A DNA stretch of 32,000 nt from Desulfobulbus propionicus DSM 2032 (lineage in GTDB: Bacteria > Desulfobacterota > Desulfobulbia > Desulfobulbales > Desulfobulbaceae): assembly GCF_000186885.1 (NCBI RefSeq), contig NC_014972.1, positions 990,001 through 1,022,000 of the forward strand, given 5' to 3'. Shown piece by piece: positions 1-9,747 of this stretch. The position numbers were made by a program, and so were the translations under genes. The notes below the pieces were generated by a model. That model did not search any database and had not been told where the DNA came from. It saw only the letters and a list, made by a program, of their open reading frames with translations. Each line of letters begins with the position of its first letter. Position 1 is the stretch's first letter.

Positions 1-735
1 CACGGCGGCGACATCACCATCTTTTCCCTGTACCGCGACGTGGTGATGCTCAAGGAGGTTGGCTGGCCGCTGGAGGTTGGTGACGCCCTGGGGCTGTCGG
101 ATGGCCGACTCAGGGCGCGGGTGGTCATGGCCCAGGGCCGGCAGAACACCAACTACGGCATCAACCTCTATGCCTGCCACCCGTTTTTCATCCAGGGCAT
201 CGCCACCATGACCAATGGCGAGAACACCGCCTTCGTGCCGATCAAGGAGTGGCTCCTGGGCAAGAACATCCCCGGCTACATCGGCTACCATTCCGATTCC
301 GAGACCTTCACCCACATCCTCCATTACATCACCAAGAAGTTGAAGCTGCCGCTGGAACTCTACAAGCACGTCATCACCCCGCTCAAAACCGAGGAGCTGG
401 ACGTGCATCCCAACGGCGATTTCCTCAAAGGGTTGCGTACCGCCTGCCGCCGTCTGATCATCGACGGACCCAACGCGGTCATCGCCACCCTCCCGGATGA
501 AACCTGCATGCTGGTGATGGATCAGAAGAAGATGCGACCGGCCACGGTCGGCGGCCGTCCCGGCGCCTGGGCCATTGCCTCCGAGATGTGCGGGGTCGAC
601 GCCATGGTTCCGGACCGTGACCCGGCCCTTGATTTTCAGCCCATGCGGCAGCACACCGTCATTATTCCACCCGAGCGAAAGGAACTCACAATATGGTCTC
701 AGTTCGATCAATTTACACTTCCCCAAGCAGCCTGA
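1..735 (+). CDS. Glutamate synthase, glutamine amidotransferase (class II)-like domain protein, 5'-truncated by window edge
   Basis: Open frame runs from base 1 (HGGDITIFSLYRDVVMLKEVG...) to a stop at 735. It lies directly upstream of the FMN and GXGXG glutamate synthase ORFs, and its content matches the amidotransferase part of a split glutamate synthase (YACHPFFIQGIATMTNGENTAFVPIKEWL). Confidence 0.8.
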   Translation, partial: HGGDITIFSLYRDVVMLKEVGWPLEVGDALGLSDGRLRARVVMAQGRQNTNYGINLYACHPFFIQGIATMTNGENTAFVPIKEWLLGKNIPGYIGYHSDSETFTHILHYITKKLKLPLELYKHVITPLKTEELDVHPNGDFLKGLRTACRRLIIDGPNAVIATLPDETCMLVMDQKKMRPATVGGRPGAWAIASEMCGVDAMVPDRDPALDFQPMRQHTVIIPPERKELTIWSQFDQFTLPQAA

Positions 736-2333
736 GTTATCACGACCTCCCCTGGATCATCGAGCACCGGGAGGATCGCTGCACGCTCTGTGGCCGCTGT
801 ACCGCGGCCTGCCCGGTGGGCGCCATCTCGCTGTCCCATTTCCGCCAGCGGGTGCCCAAGCTCGATGTGCTGCAGAAGAGGCGGGGCAGCGACTACCGCC
901 ACTTCACCGGCATCCGCCAGAGCACGGACATCGCCAAGCGGTGCATCGGCTGCGGCATGTGCGCCTCGGTGTGTCCGAACGAGGCCATCGGCCCGCACGC
1001 CAACGACAACGAGCACCGGTCGGTCTTCCTCCTCAACCAGAAGGGCGAGGCCTACAAGCGCGGCGGCCGGCGTAACGTCCCCGGCCGGACCGTGCTCGAC
1101 CGCATCTCGTTCGGCCGTATTTCCATGCTCACCGATCCGGCGCTCGATGCCGGCCGCCACGAGTTCAACATCAATACCATCCTTGGCCGGGTGCTGCCGC
1201 CGGAGGAGTTTCTCCGCCGCAAGCTGGCCGGCGAGTGGATTCCGCCCACCCGCGAGATCTTCCCGTTCGTCATCGGCTCGATGTCGTTCGGTGCCCTGTC
1301 GCCCAACATGTGGCTCGGCCTGTTGCAGGGCGTGGCCTACTGCAACGAGGTGCTGGGCATTCCGGTGGTCATGGCCACCGGCGAGGGCGGCTGTCCGCCC
1401 TGGGTGCTGAAGAGCCCGTTTTTGAAATACATCATCTTGCAGATTGCCTCCGGCTACTTCGGCTGGGACGAGATCATCCGCGCCATTCCGGAGATGCAGT
1501 GCGATCCGGCGGCTATCGAGATCAAGTACGGCCAGGGCGCCAAGCCCGGCGATGGCGGTCTGCTGATGTGGTTCAAAGTCAGCAAGCTAATCGCCCGGCT
1601 GCGCGGCGTGCCCGAGGGAGTCGATCTGCCCTCGCCGCCGGTGCATCAGACGCTCTACTCCATCGAGGAGAGCGTCATGAAGATGATCCAGACCATGTCC
1701 ATGGCCTTCGGCTTCCGGGTGCCGGTCTATCCCAAGATCTCCGGTTCAACCTCGGCCAAGTCGGTGCTCAACAACCTGGTGCGCAACCCCTATGCCGGCG
1801 GTCTGTTGATCGACGGCATCGACGGCGGCACCGGCGCGGCCTACAACGTCAGCATGGACGCCACCGGCCACCCGATCGCCTCCAACCTGCGCGAATGCTA
1901 TCTCGATCTGGTCCGCCAGGGGCGGCAAAACGAGATTCCGTTGTTCGCCGCCGGCGGCATCGGCAAGAACGGCAACGTCGCCCAGAACGGCATGGCCCTG
2001 ATCATGCTCGGCGCCTCCGGCGTGCACATCGGCAAATACATCATGCAGGCGACCGCCGGCTGCCTGGGCAACGAGAAGGGCCGGTGCAACGTGTGCAACG
2101 TCGGCCTCTGTCCCAAGGGCATCACCAGCCAGAATCCCAAGCTCTATCGCCGCCTCGATCCCGACGATGTCGCCCAGCGGGTGGTCGACGTGTTCATGGC
2201 CATCCGCACCGAGATCAAGAAGATCATGGCGCCGCTCGGCCGCTCCCAGAGTCTGCCCATCGGCATGTCCGATGCACTGGGCATTGACGACAAGGCCATC
2301 GCCGAACGGCTGCAGATCAACTACATCTGCTGA
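693..2333 (+). CDS. Glutamate synthase FMN-binding/central domain protein with N-terminal 4Fe-4S ferredoxin module
   Basis: 546 aa. Two ferredoxin motifs (CTLCGRCTAACP, CIGCGMCASVCP), then a glutamate synthase domain (SFGALSPNMWLGLLQG, MATGEGG, KYGQGAKPGDGG, GTGAAYNVSMD, GRCNVCNVGLCPKG). Start overlaps the previous ORF by 43 nt. Confidence 0.9.
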   Translation: MVSVRSIYTSPSSLSYHDLPWIIEHREDRCTLCGRCTAACPVGAISLSHFRQRVPKLDVLQKRRGSDYRHFTGIRQSTDIAKRCIGCGMCASVCPNEAIGPHANDNEHRSVFLLNQKGEAYKRGGRRNVPGRTVLDRISFGRISMLTDPALDAGRHEFNINTILGRVLPPEEFLRRKLAGEWIPPTREIFPFVIGSMSFGALSPNMWLGLLQGVAYCNEVLGIPVVMATGEGGCPPWVLKSPFLKYIILQIASGYFGWDEIIRAIPEMQCDPAAIEIKYGQGAKPGDGGLLMWFKVSKLIARLRGVPEGVDLPSPPVHQTLYSIEESVMKMIQTMSMAFGFRVPVYPKISGSTSAKSVLNNLVRNPYAGGLLIDGIDGGTGAAYNVSMDATGHPIASNLRECYLDLVRQGRQNEIPLFAAGGIGKNGNVAQNGMALIMLGASGVHIGKYIMQATAGCLGNEKGRCNVCNVGLCPKGITSQNPKLYRRLDPDDVAQRVVDVFMAIRTEIKKIMAPLGRSQSLPIGMSDALGIDDKAIAERLQINYIC

Positions 2334-2365
2334 GACAGGACTTCAGTACAGGATTCTTAGACACC

Positions 2366-4726
2366 ATGAGCGAAACAAAACCTACCCTACTCACAGTCCG
2401 CGGCCGGGATGCCAACAACCAGCGGATTTCGTCCAAGGACTTCGAGGCCGAGGTCCGGGGCGCGGCGGCCGTTGCCGATGAATTGATCCTCGAATCCTAT
2501 GGCCAGCACAACATCGGTCTGCGGCTGGGGTCCCTGGAGCGGCCCCTGACCATCCGGGTCAAGGGACCGGCCGGCCAGCGGTTGGGCTGCATGGGCCTGC
2601 CGGGCGCGACCATCATCTGCGAGGGCGCGGCCTCGGACGATGTCGGCTACCTCAACATCGGTGCCGACATCATCGTCAAGGGCGATGCCACCAACGGCGC
2701 GTGCAACGCCATGGCCGGCGGCCGGGTGATGATCGGCGGCTCGATCGGCGCCCGCGGCCTGACCATGACCAAGTGGAACCCGGATTACCAGCGGCCCGAA
2801 ATGTGGGTGCTCGGTTCGGTGGGCGACACCTTTGCCGAGTTCAACTGCGGCGGTCTGGGCGTGGTCTGCGGCATCGATCCCAAAAACCCGGACAATGTGC
2901 TCGGTTACCGGCCCTGCGTGGGCATGGTTGGCGGCAAGATCTTCTTCCGCGGCAAGACCGACGGCTCCTATTCGGCCACCAACGCCAAGCTGATCCCGCC
3001 CAGCGACGAGGACTGGCAGTGGTTGAGCGAGCGGATGCCCGAATTTCTCGCCAAGATCGGGCGGCCCGATTTGTTGGCCGTCCTGTCGGTGCGCGAGGAG
3101 TGGCACGTGCTCTCCGCCATCACCCCGCAGGAGCGGGCCCTGATGTTCTCCGGCCCCATGCCCATGGCCGAGTTTCGGCGGCGGATCTGGGACCAGGGCT
3201 TCGGCGGTGGCGACCCGCTGCGCGACATTGCCCCGGGCCTGGAGCGCAGCGTCATCGGCGTGATCGAGCCCGGTGAATTCCGCCGCAAGAAACCCTTCTG
3301 GGCCAACCGCGACGCGGCTGCGCCCTGTACGTTCTACTGCCCGATCCACATCCCGACCATCGACCGGCTGCGTCTGATCCGCGAGGGCCGCGCCGACGAA
3401 GCCTACGAGATGCTGCTGCGCTACACGCCGTTCCCGGCCTCGGTTTGCGGCACCATTTGCCCCAACCTCTGCATCCAGAACTGTTCGCGCGAGAAGATCG
3501 ACTACTCGATCGACGCCTCGGTGCTCGGCCGCTCGGTGCGGGCGGTGGAGCCGCCCGAGGCCAAGCCGGCCAGCGGTAAACGGGTGGCGATCATCGGCGG
3601 CGGCCCGGCAGGCATGGCCGTGGCCTGGCATCTGGCCCTGAACGGCATCGAGGCCCATATCTTCGAGCGCGACACCCAGTTAGGGGGCAAATTGGCCCAG
3701 ACCATCCCCTGGGAGCGGCTTTCGCGCGCGGTCTGGGACGTGGAGGTCGATCGTTTCCTCAAGGCTGAAAACCTCCATGTCAACCTGGGCGTCAGTTTGA
3801 GCAAGGACAAGGTTGAGGCACTGAAGAACGAGTTCGACGCGGTGGTGGTGGCGGTCGGCACCCACCAGCCGCGCACCCTCAGCTTTCCCGGCAGCGAACG
3901 GGTCATCCCGGCGCTCGACTACCTCAAGGCAGCCAAGAGCGATGCACCCATGGCCACCGGCAAGCAGGTGGTGATCATCGGCGCGGGCAACGTCGGCTGC
4001 GATGTCGCCGCCGAGGCCTACCGTCTGGGCGCCGATCAGGTGGTGCTGGTCGATATCCAGAAACCGCTGGCCTTCGGCAAGGAGCGGGCTGCGGCCGAGG
4101 CCCTGGGCGCCACTTTCCATTGGCCGTTCATGACCCGCGAGGTCACCGCCGAAGGGGTGGTCGGTGCCGACGGCACCCTGCTGCCAGCGCAGACGGTGAT
4201 CATCTCCATTGGCGACATCCCCAGCCTACCCTTCCTGCCCGATTCGGTGGACGTGGTCAAGGTGGCAGGCGCCTCCTGGATCAAGACCGACGAGGCCGGC
4301 CGCACCAGCGATCCCAAGATCCTGGCCGTGGGCGATGTCGAACGGCCCGGTCTGGCCACCAATGCCCTGGGGGCCGGCAAGCGGACCGCCGAGTATCTGA
4401 TCGCCGCCTTCAAGGGCGAAGAGTGGGTGCCGTTCCGGCAGCGGCTGATCAACTACGAGGATCTGACCCTGGCCCACTACGATCCGTGCGCCGACCGGGG
4501 GGCCACCGACGACCAGCAGGCGGCCCGCTGCTTGAGCTGCGGTTCCTGCCGCGACTGCCACCTGTGCGAGACCATCTGTCCGACCGGGGCCATCTACCGC
4601 CGGGAGATCACCCCCGGCCCGGACGGCGTCGATTACGAGTACGTCTCGGATGACGACAAGTGCATTGCCTGCGGCTTCTGCGCCGATACCTGTCCCTGCG
4701 GCATCTGGGTCCTGCGGCCGTTCTGA
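2366..4726 (+). CDS. GXGXG-domain (GltB C-terminal-like) fused to a GltD-like FAD/NAD(P) oxidoreductase and a C-terminal 4Fe-4S ferredoxin domain
   Basis: 786 aa. N-terminal GXGXG beta-helix-like sequence (GLPGATIICEGAASDDVGYLNIGADIIVKGDATNGACNAMAGGRVMIGG), GltD-type Cys cluster (CTFYCPIHIP...CGTICPNLCIQNC), Rossmann motifs (VAIIGGGPAGMAVAW, VVIIGAGNVGCDVA), and C-terminal CLSCGSCRDCHLCETICP...CIACGFCADTCPCG. Confidence 0.9.
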   Translation: MSETKPTLLTVRGRDANNQRISSKDFEAEVRGAAAVADELILESYGQHNIGLRLGSLERPLTIRVKGPAGQRLGCMGLPGATIICEGAASDDVGYLNIGADIIVKGDATNGACNAMAGGRVMIGGSIGARGLTMTKWNPDYQRPEMWVLGSVGDTFAEFNCGGLGVVCGIDPKNPDNVLGYRPCVGMVGGKIFFRGKTDGSYSATNAKLIPPSDEDWQWLSERMPEFLAKIGRPDLLAVLSVREEWHVLSAITPQERALMFSGPMPMAEFRRRIWDQGFGGGDPLRDIAPGLERSVIGVIEPGEFRRKKPFWANRDAAAPCTFYCPIHIPTIDRLRLIREGRADEAYEMLLRYTPFPASVCGTICPNLCIQNCSREKIDYSIDASVLGRSVRAVEPPEAKPASGKRVAIIGGGPAGMAVAWHLALNGIEAHIFERDTQLGGKLAQTIPWERLSRAVWDVEVDRFLKAENLHVNLGVSLSKDKVEALKNEFDAVVVAVGTHQPRTLSFPGSERVIPALDYLKAAKSDAPMATGKQVVIIGAGNVGCDVAAEAYRLGADQVVLVDIQKPLAFGKERAAAEALGATFHWPFMTREVTAEGVVGADGTLLPAQTVIISIGDIPSLPFLPDSVDVVKVAGASWIKTDEAGRTSDPKILAVGDVERPGLATNALGAGKRTAEYLIAAFKGEEWVPFRQRLINYEDLTLAHYDPCADRGATDDQQAARCLSCGSCRDCHLCETICPTGAIYRREITPGPDGVDYEYVSDDDKCIACGFCADTCPCGIWVLRPF

Positions 4727-4751
4727 TTCCAATTCGCTGTCAAGTTGTCCT

Positions 4752-4824
4752 GTAGCCGTCGGTGGGCTCGCGTTTTTCGCGTGCCCACCGATTCCCGGCG
4801 GGCAAACGAGGCTGCTTGCCCACC
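4752..4824. repeat. REP-like double palindrome in intergenic region
   Basis: Hairpin 1: CGGTGGGCTCGCG-TTTTT-CGCGTGCCCACCG (4760-4790, 12/13 paired). Hairpin 2: GGCGGGCAA-N10-TTGCCCACC (4797-4824, one mismatch). Both arms share the GGYGGGC / GCCCACC core. Confidence 0.5.
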
Positions 4825-4900
4825 CCCTGCATCTATAAGAAAAGAGGCGTATCCTGAAAGGCAAGGGCGAATAAGCGCTTGTTTTTCTTGTTTGAAACGC

Positions 4901-4940
4901 AAACAGCCCCGGACCGCACTGCGGTCCGGGGCTGTTTTGT
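4901..4940. terminator. Bidirectional intrinsic terminator between convergent genes
   Basis: AAACAGCCCCGGACCGCA-C-TGCGGTCCGGGGCTGTTTT, a near-perfect GC-rich palindrome flanked by T-rich/A-rich ends, between the + strand glutamate synthase locus and the - strand 4965..5132 gene. Confidence 0.75.
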
Positions 4941-4964
4941 CTGTTCGCCACTGGCTGGGGGCGC

Positions 4965-5132
4965 CTAGGCCTGGTGCTCCGCCGCCTCGACCGCCCGCTT
5001 GAACCGTTCGGTGGAAAAGCGCAGCTGGCAGCCAGGGCAGCAGTTGCCGGGCTTTTTGAACCAACCGACGGTATTGGTGATCTTGATGCCGCATTTCGGG
5101 CAGGTCACGGTGATCGTTTTGTCGTCCATCAT
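4965..5132 (-). CDS. Small zinc-ribbon-like protein (two CxxC motifs)
   Basis: Start chosen at ATG 5132 with AAGGAG directly upstream (gcAAGGAGaagcATGATG). 55 aa, MMDDKTITVTCPKCGIKITNTVGWFKKPGNCCPGCQLRFSTERFKRAVEAAEHQA. Confidence 0.7.
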   Translation of the reverse strand: MMDDKTITVTCPKCGIKITNTVGWFKKPGNCCPGCQLRFSTERFKRAVEAAEHQA

Positions 5133-5340
5133 GCTTCTCCTTGCAAAATTAAAAAGAATGGAGGGGAGGTAACGCTCCGCATCAACGGCGTGTGTGCGTC
5201 GCGTCTGTTGCAACTCTTGGGTTATTGGCGCATGTGTTCAAAACCACGTTGCCCCGCGCCCCATATCATGCCGTGTATCGCCTCTGATCGCGCTGATGGC
5301 GGAGGTTTGTTTCCGCGTCTGTTCCCGCCGCGCAAGGGGC

Positions 5341-8300
5341 TTATTCGCGTTCCAATGCCTCGCGCACCTTGGCGGCCAGGTTGTGAATCGAAAACGGTTT
5401 CTGGATGAAAACAACCCCCTCGTCGAGCACACCGTGATGGGCAATGATGTCGGCCGTGTAGCCTGAGGCAAACAGGTATTTCAGGCCGGGCCTGAGGGCG
5501 CGGAGAGCGTGCGCCAGGTCCCGTCCATTCATTTCCGGCATGACCACGTCGGTAACGACGAGCTGAATCTCGCCGGGATGGGCGGTGGCCTGATCGATCG
5601 CCTCGCCGGGGGTATTGGCGGTCAACACGGTGTAGCCCAGTGTTTCGAGCATCTCCCGGCCCACATCCAGAATCATCGCCTCGTCTTCCACCAGCAGCAC
5701 CGTCTCGCCGTGCCCCTTGGGCGGATGGGCGCCGGGTTCGGTCAGTGGGTCGCTGTTTTCCCCCGCAAACCGGGGCAGGTAGATCTTGAAGGTCGTGCCC
5801 TTGGCCGGTTCGCTGTAGACATGGATGAAGCCATTGTTCTGCTTGACGATGCCATAGACCGTGGCCAGTCCCAGACCGGTGCCCTTGCCTGGCTCCTTGG
5901 TGGTGAAAAACGGTTCGAAAATGTGGGCAAGGGTGTCCTTGTCCATGCCGTCGCCGTTGTCGCTCACCGCCAGCATCACATATTCTCCGGGAACAAAGTC
6001 CGGATGCACGGCGCAGTAGGAAGCATCGAAGGTGGCATTCCCGGTTTCGATGACCACCTTGCCCACCCCGGAGATCGCGTCCCGGGCGTTGACGCACAGG
6101 TTGGCTAGCAATTGGTCGATCTGGGAGGGGTCGATCTTGATCGGCCACAGATCGATTTTGGGGATCCAGACAAGATCGATGTCTTCCCCCATCAACCGTT
6201 GCAGCATCCGCAGCAGGCTGGCCGCGGTCTCGTTCATGTCCAGCACCTTGGGCGCCACGGTTTGTTTACGGGCAAAGGCCAGCAGCTGGCTGACAAGGTC
6301 GGCGGACCGGAGGGCGGACTGCTCGATCACCTCAAGCCGGGCATGGATCGGATCGTTCGGGGCGCACAGCCGCATCGCCAGTTCCGCATGGCCGAGGATG
6401 GCGGAGAGCATGTTGTTGAAATCATGCGCCACGCCGCCGGCCAGGCGGCCGACGGACTCCAGTTTCTGCGCCTGGCTGAGCTGCTCCCGCAATTTTTCAC
6501 GCTCCTCGGCCGCCTGCTGGCGCTCGGTGATGTCTTCCGATATGCCGAGGAGGTAGGCGGGGCTGCCGTTATCGCCCATCACCGGTATTTTCTTGGTGTG
6601 CAGGATGCGCCGGCCCGCCCTGGTGTCGATCACCTCCTCGGCGATGTCCACGAGCTGGCCTCCTTTCAGCACCTCCCTGTCCTTGCGGATAAAGAAATCG
6701 GCCTGCTCCGTGGGGAAAAAATCGTAATCGTTCTTGCCGATAAGGTCCTCCCGTCGGTATCCCAGCAGTTCCTCGCCGGCCCGATTGAAGCGGACAAATC
6801 GCAGGTCCTTGGCATCCTTGATGAAGATCATGTTCGGAAGATTTTCGAGAATCGAGGAGAGGAATTCCTGGCTTTGGCGCAGCGATTCTTCCGCCCGCTT
6901 GCGTTCGGTGATGTCTTCCACCACGCCCAGGACATATTGCATTGCGCCGCGTTCATCCCGCACGCAACCCACGGACAGGTTGACGACAATGGTGGTCCCA
7001 TCCTTGCGGAGGAAGCGCTTTTCCAGGGCGTAGTCATTGATCTCGCCGGCCAGGAGCCGGCCAAACAGGTTCAGGTCGGCGGCTAGGTCGTCCGGATGGG
7101 TCAGTTTCGCCCAATCCAGCAGCTCCAGTTCCTCGCGGGAGTAACCCGTCATGCGGCAGAACCGGTCATTGACCTGCAGCCAGCCCTTGTCGGGCGAGGT
7201 GATCGCCATTCCCACGATCTGGCGTTCAAAGAAGAGGCGCATCTGCTCCTCGCTGCGCTGCAGGGCCCGTTCGGCCCTGCGCTGGTGGACGACGGCGACA
7301 CCGAGCAGGACCACAAGCACGCCCAGGACGGTCACGACCAGGACCGTGGCCCAGACGAGCTCCTTGTGCGTGTCGTACAACGAATCCGGGCGGTTGATGA
7401 CAATCGTGTCCGGCGGGAGTTTGGCCAAGGGGATGCGAAACCGTTCGAGTTGCCGGTAATCAACCATATAGCGGTTGGCTTCAACGCCAGCTATGACCGG
7501 AATCCGCTCGATCCGTTCGCCGTTGAGAATGCGCAGCGCCAGGTGTCCGGCCATCTGGCCCTGCCGATAGCCGCTGACCAGCTTGCCGCCCACGATGCCG
7601 TGGCCGAGATACACATCCCACAGGGAATAGGCGGGCACGTTGCTGTGCCGCGAGATCCATGCGGTGGTTTCGCCGTACATCATCTGCCGGCCGGTTTCGT
7701 CGCTGATCAGGCCGTTGATGAACAGGACCGAACCGCTGTCCAGTTTTTCCAACCGGGCCGCCAGTTCAGGGCCCGGCAGATCGTCCCAGAAACGGACTTG
7801 CAGCTGCTGCGGCAGTTTGGGGAGCGCGGCGACGAAACTTTCCCGATTCAGCTTGTCCGCCGCCACGGTACTGCGGCCGATCACGATGATTTTTTTGGTG
7901 TCGGGGTGGAGGCGGAGCGCAAGATCCACCGTTTCCACGACGGAAAGCTCTTCGGCCACGCCAGTGATTGCCGGATGGCGGGCGAGGGTGGTGGGCTGCA
8001 CATCGTTGATCCCGCAAAAGACGATCGGGACCCCGGGGAAGAGGTGTTGACCTTGTTCGAGGATGAGGTCGAGGGCCTGGTTGTCCGCAACCATCACCAG
8101 GTTGGGCGTGGCGCGTTGAATTTTGGCGAGCACCAACTCCCGGATCCTGGTGGAGAACCTGGGCTCCGGATATCGCCGGGCATCGAGATATTCGGCGGTC
8201 AACTGGATGCTGGGGTCCTGGCCGACAAGGGTGTCGCGGATACCGCTCATGATCGCGTCGGTCCAGGTGAGGCCGGAGTGGTAGGAATGGATGATGAGCA

Positions 8301-8403
8301 CCTGGTTTTTGCCTTGCGGCAGTCCGGCTCGTACCGGCAAGGACGCCAGCAGCAACAACAACCCCATGAAAATCGGCTTGAGCAGGCGTATGCGCATGTT
8401 CAT
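5341..8403 (-). CDS. Hybrid sensor histidine kinase: signal peptide, ABC-transporter-substrate-binding-like sensor, 2 PAS domains, HisKA/HATPase, C-terminal receiver
   Basis: Start chosen at [26 protein letters not shown] with upstream GGGAG. Two segments ending [10 protein letters not shown] / [11 protein letters not shown] (PAS), H-box [19 protein letters not shown], ATPase motifs NLCVNARDA and DNGDGMD...[13 protein letters not shown], receiver [13 protein letters not shown]...[13 protein letters not shown]...KPF. Confidence 0.9.
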   Translation of the reverse strand: MNMRIRLLKPIFMGLLLLLASLPVRAGLPQGKNQVLIIHSYHSGLTWTDAIMSGIRDTLVGQDPSIQLTAEYLDARRYPEPRFSTRIRELVLAKIQRATPNLVMVADNQALDLILEQGQHLFPGVPIVFCGINDVQPTTLARHPAITGVAEELSVVETVDLALRLHPDTKKIIVIGRSTVAADKLNRESFVAALPKLPQQLQVRFWDDLPGPELAARLEKLDSGSVLFINGLISDETGRQMMYGETTAWISRHSNVPAYSLWDVYLGHGIVGGKLVSGYRQGQMAGHLALRILNGERIERIPVIAGVEANRYMVDYRQLERFRIPLAKLPPDTIVINRPDSLYDTHKELVWATVLVVTVLGVLVVLLGVAVVHQRRAERALQRSEEQMRLFFERQIVGMAITSPDKGWLQVNDRFCRMTGYSREELELLDWAKLTHPDDLAADLNLFGRLLAGEINDYALEKRFLRKDGTTIVVNLSVGCVRDERGAMQYVLGVVEDITERKRAEESLRQSQEFLSSILENLPNMIFIKDAKDLRFVRFNRAGEELLGYRREDLIGKNDYDFFPTEQADFFIRKDREVLKGGQLVDIAEEVIDTRAGRRILHTKKIPVMGDNGSPAYLLGISEDITERQQAAEEREKLREQLSQAQKLESVGRLAGGVAHDFNNMLSAILGHAELAMRLCAPNDPIHARLEVIEQSALRSADLVSQLLAFARKQTVAPKVLDMNETAASLLRMLQRLMGEDIDLVWIPKIDLWPIKIDPSQIDQLLANLCVNARDAISGVGKVVIETGNATFDASYCAVHPDFVPGEYVMLAVSDNGDGMDKDTLAHIFEPFFTTKEPGKGTGLGLATVYGIVKQNNGFIHVYSEPAKGTTFKIYLPRFAGENSDPLTEPGAHPPKGHGETVLLVEDEAMILDVGREMLETLGYTVLTANTPGEAIDQATAHPGEIQLVVTDVVMPEMNGRDLAHALRALRPGLKYLFASGYTADIIAHHGVLDEGVVFIQKPFSIHNLAAKVREALERE

Positions 8404-8758
8404 CAACTCTCCCACCCTGTGTTGGCGCCGCCTCACCCGGAGGGGCAATGAGCGCTCGTGCTCCGGAACCACGGCGGCTAGGCGGGGGGAGCGTGGATTG
8501 CCTCCGATGTGTACAGCCTTGGCGCGCTTCCACTCCCCCATCCGTTCCCGCCCACGGGGGCCTACTGTACCCAATTCTGGCACGCCTGGCCAAGATTTCT
8601 TCTCCAGGCCTGCGAACGGGTTTCTTCGGTGAGACGGGAAACTTCCCAGAGCATCGTTTATTCGGCGGCCGGCACAGGCAAGGAAAAGGAGGGCCGGAGA
8701 GGCGCACGGTTGGCCATCGGGCGGCAGGGGAGGCGGCTGCGCCCTCTCCCATGACGCA

Positions 8759-9151
8759 TCACTCCTTGAACCCTTCGAGTTCCTGGGCGCGAGACGCCGT
8801 GGCCGACAGGAAACAGTCATTGGTGCGAACCGTGGCCATCGTTCCGCCGTCGGGATCGGCATGGAAATGGCAATGTGCATCCCGAAATTTTATCCAAGCC
8901 CGCTGGGCATCTTGCAGTTGTTTCTGCCGCGTCTCGGAAAGTTGCGCCATCACTTCCTTGTACGCTTTGTTGAGGCGCTCGTCTTGCCGTTTTGTTTCCG
9001 CTCCGATGCATTCGATCATTTCAACCGTCACGCCGCCAGAGGCGTCCATACAGGCAGCAAATTCCTTGGTCAAACCACTGTCGTCAGCCGAGGCGATCCG
9101 GGCAAGACAACACAGCACCAATCCGGCCATGAAAATTTTCTGGGCAATCAC
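8759..9151 (-). CDS. LprI-like (DUF1311-type) exported protein
   Basis: GTG start at 9151 preceded by GAGGAGG; signal peptide VIAQKIFMAGLVLCCLARIASA; core CIGAETKRQDERLNKAYKEVMAQLSETRQKQLQDAQRAWIKFRDAHCHF, typical of lysozyme-inhibitor-LprI-like proteins. Confidence 0.75.
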   Translation of the reverse strand: MIAQKIFMAGLVLCCLARIASADDSGLTKEFAACMDASGGVTVEMIECIGAETKRQDERLNKAYKEVMAQLSETRQKQLQDAQRAWIKFRDAHCHFHADPDGGTMATVRTNDCFLSATASRAQELEGFKE

Positions 9152-9747
9152 GATGTCCTCCTCTTTCAGTGTAAAAATAGGGTCAACCGACGCGGCTAAC
9201 GGTGCATTCACCTTCATCGGCCAGCGGCAAACAACAAAAATCTGCTCGAAGCCAACGGGGGCTCAGGCAATTTTTTTCTATTACGACAAAGTCAAAAGAC
9301 AAACAAGCGCCACCGTCAACCTTTCCCCGCTGGCGGCAAGCGCTGCACAACGAGGCGCTGCCGCAGCCCTCGGCCTCGGTGATCGCCGCAGAGCGAACGG
9401 ATGACGGCGGTCCGCCCTCGGAACACCGCATGGTCGCGGTGTAGCGCACGCGACGGTTGCCGTGTGACGCACCGAGGAGGCCTATCGGAGCTGGGCCAAC
9501 CGGTTTGCCCGTGGGCTGGAGGAAACGAAGGTGGAGGGGGAGGCTGTGACGATATCCGCAGGCATCTGGAGCATCTGGCGGTGCAGGCAAGGTCTCGGCC
9601 CGTACCCAGCTTCTGGCCTTGAATGCCTGGGCGTTTTTGGTTCGCGAGCCCCTGGGCGTGTGCAACCCGTTGGACAATCTGTAGCCAACGTTTTGGATGG
9701 ATAGCGACAAACCAGCTCCCGAGCGCGATGCAACGGAGGCTGGGTGG

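Noticed and set aside
9181-9210. Possible integron attC core (GCGGCTAACGGTGC / GCACCGTTAGCCGC)
   Set aside because: The core does not match the 7-bp RYYYAAC/GTTRRRY consensus, and I could not find a partner arm forming the long imperfect palindrome expected of attC.
9183-9710. 175-aa ORF on - strand
   Set aside because: TTG start without a good Shine-Dalgarno, overlaps the start of the LprI-like gene region, and has an erratic Cys/Ser/Arg-rich composition. Reported only as part of an unexplained island.
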